A program made the translations under genes and the position numbers. Shown here piece by piece: positions 55,981 through 64,000 of a DNA stretch of 64,000 nt. Below the pieces are notes generated by a model. That model did no database searches and was not told the DNA's origin. It saw nothing but the letters and a program-made list of their open reading frames with translations. How positions within the stretch are numbered: the stretch's first letter is position 1; each line of letters begins with the position of its first letter. Origin of the DNA: Schmidtea polychroa (taxonomy: Eukaryota); NCBI GenBank assembly GCA_044892525.1, contig CM097885.1, positions 14,262,001 through 14,326,000 of the forward strand, in the 5' to 3' direction.

Positions 55981-58900
55981 CTCTGAGTTTATCCGACAAA
56001 ATATTCTGTCCCCCTATGGGTATTGCTCACAAGGGTACTACTCACATTCAACATGTCGCAAGGGTACTGATCATAAAGGTATTTAATGCTTTTATTTGAA
56101 TGATTATTTAGGCAAATTTGTTGTTTAAGGCATTCATTGATAATTTTTAGAGTTGATGGTTTTAGTAAATATTCAAGTAAATTTCTATAATTTCTATTAT
56201 TTTCATGAATTTCCGTAATTTTTTTGTGAATATCAGTAATTTTTGTGGATATCTGTCATTTTCATGAATTTTTATCATTTTTGTGAATTTCTTTGATTTT
56301 TGTAAATTTCTATTATTTTTGTGGATTTCTAACATTTTTGCAAATTTCATGTTTATTGAATGAATATTTAATAATTTAAAGTTAGTTCTAAGATAAATTT
56401 AATTAATTTCTTGATAATTGGATGTATTTTTAATTTTAAATAAAAATTATTTTCAATGAGGTTAATAATTAGAGTTTGTACAATAATCAAGTGATAGGAT
56501 AAATTTTTATGAGGATATTGAACAATTTTCTAAGAATTTCATGTTGACTGATAAATTTAATTGATAAATTTAATTAATTTCTTGATAATTAGTTGTATTT
56601 TATTGAATAGTTTTTAAATAAAAATTAATTTCATTGACAATTAGGTTAAAAATTAAGTGATTTTTGATGATAACTTTGTAATATATTTGACTAAATAATT
56701 TTTCAATAATTTTCTAAGAATATTTACACATTGATGCACTTTAAAAAACATAAGCTAAGAAACCAGTTAACTTTATCAAGGACTTTAAATTTACGTGATA
56801 ATTATTGTAGGATATACATAAATTTAGTTTGCTGTTATTGCTTGAAAATGATTGGTTGAATAGCTGAAGAATTATGATCAAACAATATATATCATCTCCA
56901 GTATTTGATGGTAAATATTTGTAGAAAATTTAGTGAATTTTGATCTTTTAGTGGGCTCTTATTATTTGTCTGGTACCTATAACAATTAATTAAAAGTCAT
57001 ATTTTTGAAGTTCTCTGAGGATTTTAAGAGGATTGATATATATTAAAGGGCTCAAGTGGGTGGAATCTTTAGGGAAAATAAGGGATATAATCGGATAGAT
57101 GTTTAAAGAAATATTTGCTGAGAGATCGGTTAAGATGGGATATTGTCGGTGAGATTTAATGAGAGATCGATTAAGATGGGAAAATATGATCTTTTAAGGG
57201 AGATATAGTCGGTTAGATTTAATGAGGGATAGGTTAAGATGGGAATATATATCATTGTAAGGGAGATATAGTCGATTGACTTTAATGAGAGATCGGTTAA
57301 GATAGGAATATATCATTGTAAGGGAGATATAGTCGGTTGATTTTAATGAGGGATGGGTTAAGATGGGAATATATGATTTTTAAAGGGATATAGTCGGTTA
57401 GATTTAATGAGAGATCAGATAAGGTGGGAATATATGATTTTTTAAGGGGATATAGTTGGTTAGATTTAATGAGAGATCAGATAAGATGGAAATATATGAT
57501 TTTTTAATGGGGATATAGTCGGTTAATATGGGAAATATTTCATTTTAAGAAAGATATAGTCGGTTGCTTTTAAAGAGGGAAGGGTTTCGATGATTATCTT
57601 TTGAATATTTACATGGGTAATGTTGGTAAAATATCAATGTTTTAAGGGAAATTGCAATTAGTCAGTTATGAATCAATAATAATGTGAAATTATATCGTTT
57701 TATTAGGTTGTGATTAATTCATTGTATATTAATTTAGATTTATGTTTTAGAACAATGTTTTATTAAATTTTCTTTTAATTATCCAGGGTTTTACTAAGTA
57801 GTGTTAATGACCGATTTACTTGGTTTTGACAATGAAATTTGGATTGATATCAACTTTAAATTATTTTTATCTTTATTTAAGGGAGAATGACAAAAGTTGA
57901 TAAATATGGACTTAAAACATCGACTAAAGAAAATTGATCTTTAATCGAAGAAATTTATCGGGTGATTTTAATTAGTAATTAGATCGGTTGAATATCGGTA
58001 AAAATGATCATTTGAAGAAATATATTTTATTGAATGGATAAATCTTTCAATGGGACCTAGTCAGTTATATTTATTTTAAATTTCGAGTACAGTGATTAAC
58101 AAAAATTTAATTATAACTGGTTTTATCAATAGTGAAATATGTATGATAATAGGAATTAAAGTTAGAATTATATTCATTTAAAGGGGATTTTAAGGAATCT
58201 TATTAGTCTGAGGGGAATATATGATCCTTAACAAGTACTTATCATTAAAATATCAATCTTTATAGATAGAGTTATTTCAAGGAAATTTGATACTTTTTGG
58301 ATGATATTTGTAATAATATGAATTAAGGGTTGAAATATAGCCATTTAAGGGATTTTAAGGAATCTTGTTAGTTTGAGGTGAATATATGATCTTTAACAAG
58401 TATTTATCATTAAAATACCAATCTTTAAATATTGATATATTTAGGGGGGAATGATTCTTTTTAGATGATTTTATTGGAGAATTCACTTGGATATACCAAT
58501 TATTGCCATTTAAATGAATTTACTGGTTTATTAGACGTTATCATTAGTTATCTAGTCTCTTTTGGAATTTAATGATAATTATTTTTATTGTAGATTGACG
58601 ACATTGATAATTGTAATGAATTTATACTGATTTTTTGAATATATTGAGCAATCAGTCAATCAATTTGAGTACATGTATTACTTTTAAAAAAAAATAATTA
58701 AAATTAATTTTATTTCAATTAATTTATTCAATCTAAATCAATTATTTATTAGATCTTATTTCAAAATTTTTATTAATTTATTATCTTAGTTGATTCAACT
58801 TGAATGATCAATATTTTTTTTATTTACTGGATGATTAGAATTCTTTCTTAATTACATTTTTATGATATTTATTTTGAATAATTTAAATTTTTATAATTAT

Positions 58901-59474
58901 TTAATCAATTTTTATCAAGTTATTGATGACTTGAGTTCAATTAATTTTTCATCCAATTTTTTCAAGTGATGAGTATTTTCTTTTAAAGATCAATTTGTTA
59001 GTACATAGTTGTTGGTTGTAAGTAGTTGGTTGACTTTTTAGATTTTGATAAGAAGATAGTGATGTGATGAAGAATATTTTGTATTTAATTGCTATTATTT
59101 TTATGTGTGGTTAGTTGATTGTTGGTACTTGGTATCTAGTTGATAGTATTTTGCTGATAGTGCTTGGTAACCTTTTGTAAGTACTTGGTATATAGTTGAA
59201 AATGCGTGTTCGTAAGTTACTGGTAGATGATACTAAGTTGTTGGTATCTTGTATTTGTTAATTGGTACAGTGTAGTTTACTGATTGTTGTTATATATTTG
59301 TAGGTTGATATTTGTTAATTTCTCTATGGGTTTTATGGTGATTGTTAGTATCTAGTTAATTGGTAGATGGGGGTTGAGTGTTAGCAATACCCTTACGACC
59401 AGTACCCCTACGACTAATACCCTTACGACCTGTACCCTTAGGGGGTCAAAACATCCTGTCGGATAAACTCAGAG
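55981..59474. mobile_element. Non-coding segment bounded by an 18-bp perfect inverted repeat flanked by TA
   Basis: CTCTGAGTTTATCCGACA at 55981 and TGTCGGATAAACTCAGAG ending at 59474; TATA on both sides. Confidence 0.6.
57100..57570. repeat. ~60-bp tandem repeat (GATATAGTCGGTTAGATTTAATGAG…)
   Basis: Directly visible. Confidence 0.85.
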
Positions 59475-59875
59475 TATATATAATAAAACTGATCAACAAT
59501 AAGTATTTATTGAATGCGATTTTTACTTTGCAATAATAAGTCAGTAGTAATCAATTAAAAGAAGAATGTTTTGTAAATTAGAATTCATTAGTCTTTCATT
59601 GTAATTTAAATTATCATCAATTCCACGTGGTGTTTTAAAGTGATTGAGTTGTGGTTTTTTGATGAAAATCAACATTTTTGTTAAATTTGAAAAGGTTTTT
59701 CTACTGATTGTAATTAAAATTATTATAGAAGCTGTATAAAAAAAATTAATTTTAAAAAGCATTTCATAAAATACAATAAAGAATATTTAGTTGATTGTAG
59801 GTAGTTAGTTGTAAGTATCTGGTTGTTTGAGAGTTAGTTAGTACGTGGTATCACGTTGAAAGTATTTGTTAGCAC

Positions 59876-62591
59876 TAGTGACCTGCCGAACTTTGATTTG
59901 AACTTCGATTCGGACCAAAGTTCAAACACTTCGGAAACTTCGGACTTCGGCAATAGACCCTGTACGATCCAAATAGTGAAATTTTGCTTGAGCGATAATA
60001 AATTATTATTGTTCCGTGATTATTTATTATACTTATTATTATTTATACTTATTATAAAATTATATAGAAATAATTGTGTCATTTTTCTGTCATAAAATTG
60101 TGTCTCATAAATGAATGATTTATTCATTAGGTAAAATATTAGACTGAGCAGAACTGCCAGTTGAGCATCCGATTCACTTTCCACATCATCACATGCGAAA
60201 ATCTCCATAGCTCATACCCCTCCCCAGTGTACATAATATATATAAAAGCCCATCAAATTTGAAATCGAAAATTTTAAATATATTTCTTTAACAAAATTAA
60301 TAAATTCGTTTAAATATTAAAAATAAATGAAATTAAATAAATATGGCTAATGCTATGAGAAGTAAAATTTGGAATTTCTTTGAAATCAACGCTGTGGATG
60401 AATCTTTTGCTAACTGTGGGACATGTAGAATGAAAATGAAACGTGGCGGCAAGGATCCAAGATCATACGGAACAACAACATTAATCAACCACCTACGTTC
60501 TAAACATCCGGACAAGTACAAAGAATATTCACAGGCGTGTGATTCTGCAAAGAAACGACAAGCTGAAGAGGAAGAAAATCAACTCAATGCCGCAGCTAAG
60601 AAGCCAAAGCTACAAACTCTGGATGCATGTATTGAACGTACACGTCCATTTGAATCGGACCATCCTCGTCAGATCCTCATAACGAAACTAATTGGTGAGA
60701 TGATAGCCTTGGATAGTCAGCCATTTTCGATTGTCAGTAACGAAGGATTCCGACGTGTTCTGCATCAATTGGTGCCCAGATACGTCATTCCAGACGAGAC
60801 TTATTTCTCAAGAACAATCATACCGGACATGTTTGCTGCAGTGAAGTCGAAAGTCAAGAATCTCATCGGAGATGCTAAACTTCTGTGCTTCACGAGTGAT
60901 GTGTGGACAACCACCAACAGCCTAAATGGATTCCTCTCTTTGACAGCACACTGGATCGACAACAATTGGGAACGCAAAATTGTGGTGCTGGCACTTCGAG
61001 GAATCAACGGACATCACACCGGTAAGCTGATTGGAGATACCATATTGGAATTGTTGAATGAATGGGACATTGATGCAGGCAGACGTGGAACCTTCGTTCG
61101 CGATAACGGGTCAAGCATGGTGAAGGCGCTAGTGTTGCAGGCTTATCAGATCTAGGCTGCTACATACACACGATTCAGTTAGTGGTGGGTGCAGGATTAA
61201 AGAAGACGCAAAAGGCTGTCATTGATGCAGTTGCAGCTTCCCGCAACATTGTAACCCACTTCCGGCATTCACCATTAGCCAATGATCGACTAGAAGAGAT
61301 TCAAAAATCTTTTCAGCCGGATGCTGCCGGAAACCCATATCCTGTCCACCGCCTGATACAAGATGTACAGACAAGGTGGAACTCCACGTTTTATATGTTG
61401 GAACGTTTAATCGAACAGAGAAAAGCAATAGCTCTCTACATCCAAGACAACGAAGTCACCAATCTGACAAACAATCAGTGGAACTTAATGGAAAGGGTCG
61501 TGTCGACATTGCGGCCATTTGAAGAGGAAACGCGGAATGCTAGTTTGTCAACTGCAACAAGCGGAATGATTATTCCAAGTTTGCGTGTACTTCAGGCAGT
61601 TTTGACGAGACCAGCAAAGAAGGGTGACGACTTCTGCATTCAAACAATGCGTGCTGAAATGCTTGCGGATCTCAGCCGCAGGTATGCTAACGTTGAAAAT
61701 AATAAGTTGTGCGTGTTATCTACTGCTTTGGATCCAGTGTACAAGCTTCGTCTCTTTCACGCGGAAACTGCTGCCACTGCAAAACAATGGCTTCTGGATG
61801 CAATGAATGCTGTAACGTCGACGGACAACTCGCGTGATGAGGTGCCAGCAGGCCCAACACCTTCCACATCATCTTCATCAGCCACATCTGCTTTGGATAG
61901 CTATTACGACGACATGCTTGGAGCTACACAATCCAACTCTACAGATTCCGGTAATCTCCAACAACAGCTCAATGCATATTTAACGGACGCGTGCAACCAA
62001 CGACACTCGCCTCCAAAAGATCCAATAGAATATAGGAAATCAAGGCAATACACCTATCCTCAACTTGCACTGGTCGCCAAACAATTCTGTGCTTCTCCTC
62101 CTTCCAGCGTGGATAGTGAAAGAACCTTCAGTTTGGCTGGTCTTATATGCGATGACCGTCGATCAAACTTAACACCAGCCAAAACTGAGATGCTTCTATT
62201 TTTAATGAAAAATCTCGATGTGGTCCGTTTTGACTACTAATAAACTAATGAAGATGTATATATTTATATAAACACATGTATTTTTTTATTTTTTCGTTTC
62301 ACGTTACTTTGCTTGTTGCGAACAGATCTATGTTATATAATTTACATCCATGTTTCAAAAGACAACAAAATGAACGCTTCTCAATATCTTGTATTATCAC
62401 CCATTGTATAATTTTTTCAGTTTTATTGATATGATTCATTTTAATAAATCGCCGTAGGTCATTGCAGTAGGTACAGGTCCCTAAATTATTTTCACGCACC
62501 AGACATTTGATTCGACTTCGGCTTCGGCCAAATAGTAATTTAAAAATTTGAACTTCGGATTTCGGCAAAAAAGTCACTTCGGCAGGCCCTA
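59876..62591 (+). mobile_element. Near-complete hAT transposon
   Basis: Imperfect TIRs TAGTGACCTGCCGAA / TTCGGCAGGCCCTA, subterminal CTTCGG repeats, partial TSD (TAGCAC). Confidence 0.85.
60343..62240 (+). pseudogene. BED-finger hAT transposase (ZBED1/ZBED4-like) with one frameshift near 61127
   Basis: BED finger (IWNFF…CGTC…LINHLRSKH), DVWT, DNG, CYIH in the shifted frame, TRWNST, SERTFS dimerisation domain. Confidence 0.9.
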
Positions 62592-62650
62592 GCACCTAGT
62601 TAAAAATATTTAGTAACCGATTGTTGGTAACTGTTGAATTATTATTATTA

Positions 62651-62741
<91 letters not shown>

Positions 62742-62743
<2 letters not shown>

Positions 62744-63120
62744 CATTAAAATTTCACTTTGACTTTGAAAAATATTTCATTGAAATTAACTTAAAAAATT
62801 ATTTCATTAAAATTTACTTTTAAAATTAACTTTAAAAAAAATTCCATTTAAATTTTTATTAAAAATTACATTTCTCAAAAAAGTTGGTGGTTATTCAATC
62901 TTTTGATAATAAATTTAAAAATCTTAGTTTAATTTACTTATTACATTACTTATTTAAAAATTATTACTCTAATTTACTCATTTAGCTTTAATTTAAAATT
63001 TGAACCATTGGTTACTTAATTTAAAATTTTGAACCTTAATTTACTTATTTAAAATTTTTAACATTAATTTACCTAATTATTCTTTATTTCTTAATTTTAC
63101 ATCATAATTTACTTAACAAC
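62742..63120 (-). repeat. Inverted partial copy of the 50850-51400 subterminal minisatellite, preceded by (ATT)n
   Basis: AAAAGTTGGTGGTTATTCAATC pairs with GATTGAATAATCACCAACTTTT at ~51195. Confidence 0.75.
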
Positions 63121-63159
63121 TAATTATAACCATTATTTTCATATTTAACCAATAATTTC

Positions 63160-64000
63160 ATGTGGTCATCTGGTTGGTATCTAGTTGACAGTGCTTAGTA
63201 CTAGGTATGTTGTACTTGGTTTTTAGTACTTGGTAGGTGGTTAATAATGCTTAGTACCTGGTTGTTGTTGGTTGTAAGTAGTTGGTAGCTAGTTGGTTGT
63301 AGGTACTTAGTAGTTGGTTAATAATGCTTAGTACCTGGTTGTTGTTGGTTGTATGTAGTTGGTAGGTGGTTGTAGGTAGTTGGTATCAGGTAACTGGTTG
63401 TTAGTAACTAGTTGTATGTACTTGGTATCAGGTAACTGGTTGTTAGTAACTAGTTGTAAGTACTTGGTATCTAGTTGTTAGCTGGTTGATAGTACTTGGT
63501 AGGTTGATAATGATTAGTACCTGGTTGTTGTCGATTGTGAGTAGTTGGTATCAGGTTGTTAGTAACTAGTTGTAGGTATCTGGTTGTAAATACATGTTCG
63601 TAAGTTACTGGTTGTTGGTACTAAGTTGTTGGTATCTGGTTGATGTTGGTTGTATGTACTTGGTGGGTGGTTGTAGGTACTTAGTAGTTGGTTGATGATG
63701 CTTAGTACCTTAGGGTTGTTGTTGGTTGTTAGTACTTGGTAGGTTGTATTTAGTTGGTTGTAGGTTGTAAGTAGTTGGTTGATAATGCTTAGTACCTGGT
63801 TGTTGACGGTTGTTAGTACTTAGTAGCTAGTTAATGGGTAGGTGGTTGTAGGTACTTGGTAGGTGGTTGTAGGTACTTAGTAGTTGGTAATTAATGCTTA
63901 GTACCTGGTTGTTGTCGGTTGTTAGTACTTGGTAGGTTGTAGTTAGTTGTTAGCTGGTTGTTGTGGGTTGTAAGTACTTGGTACCTAGTTGTTAGCTGGT
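63160..64000. repeat. GT-rich degenerate satellite (GTACTTGGTAGGTGGTTGTAG-like)
   Basis: Directly visible; similar sequence at ~59000-59380. Confidence 0.85.

Overview
AT-rich eukaryotic (probably invertebrate animal) genomic DNA dominated by nested mobile elements. Bases 1 to ~26,000 are the right part of a Polinton/Maverick (adintovirus-like) endogenous virus. It has a core-like protein, adenain protease, minor capsid/penton, fibre-like and membrane proteins, and a protein-primed DNA polymerase B (pPolB) broken by one TGA. One of its genes is interrupted by a 16.3-kb element (1195-17491) that is almost entirely one giant palindrome. This element has AGT...ACT termini and a 6-bp target-site duplication (AGGGTT). 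It encodes only two mirror-image, intact, apparently intron-containing pPolB genes, with no integrase or capsid, and is centred on a 272-bp imperfect hairpin that carries its own AGTAGGTAG termini. A related pPolB gene with the same intron position and one nonsense codon lies at 26331-31669. A non-coding relative of the same family begins at 50465. The rest of the window holds a spliced host ZNF106-like WD40 gene, Zator, hAT and gypsy remnants, a MITE and many satellites. The best candidate novel system is a family of capsid-less, integrase-less, polymerase-only hairpin/palindromic replicons that may parasitise Polintons.
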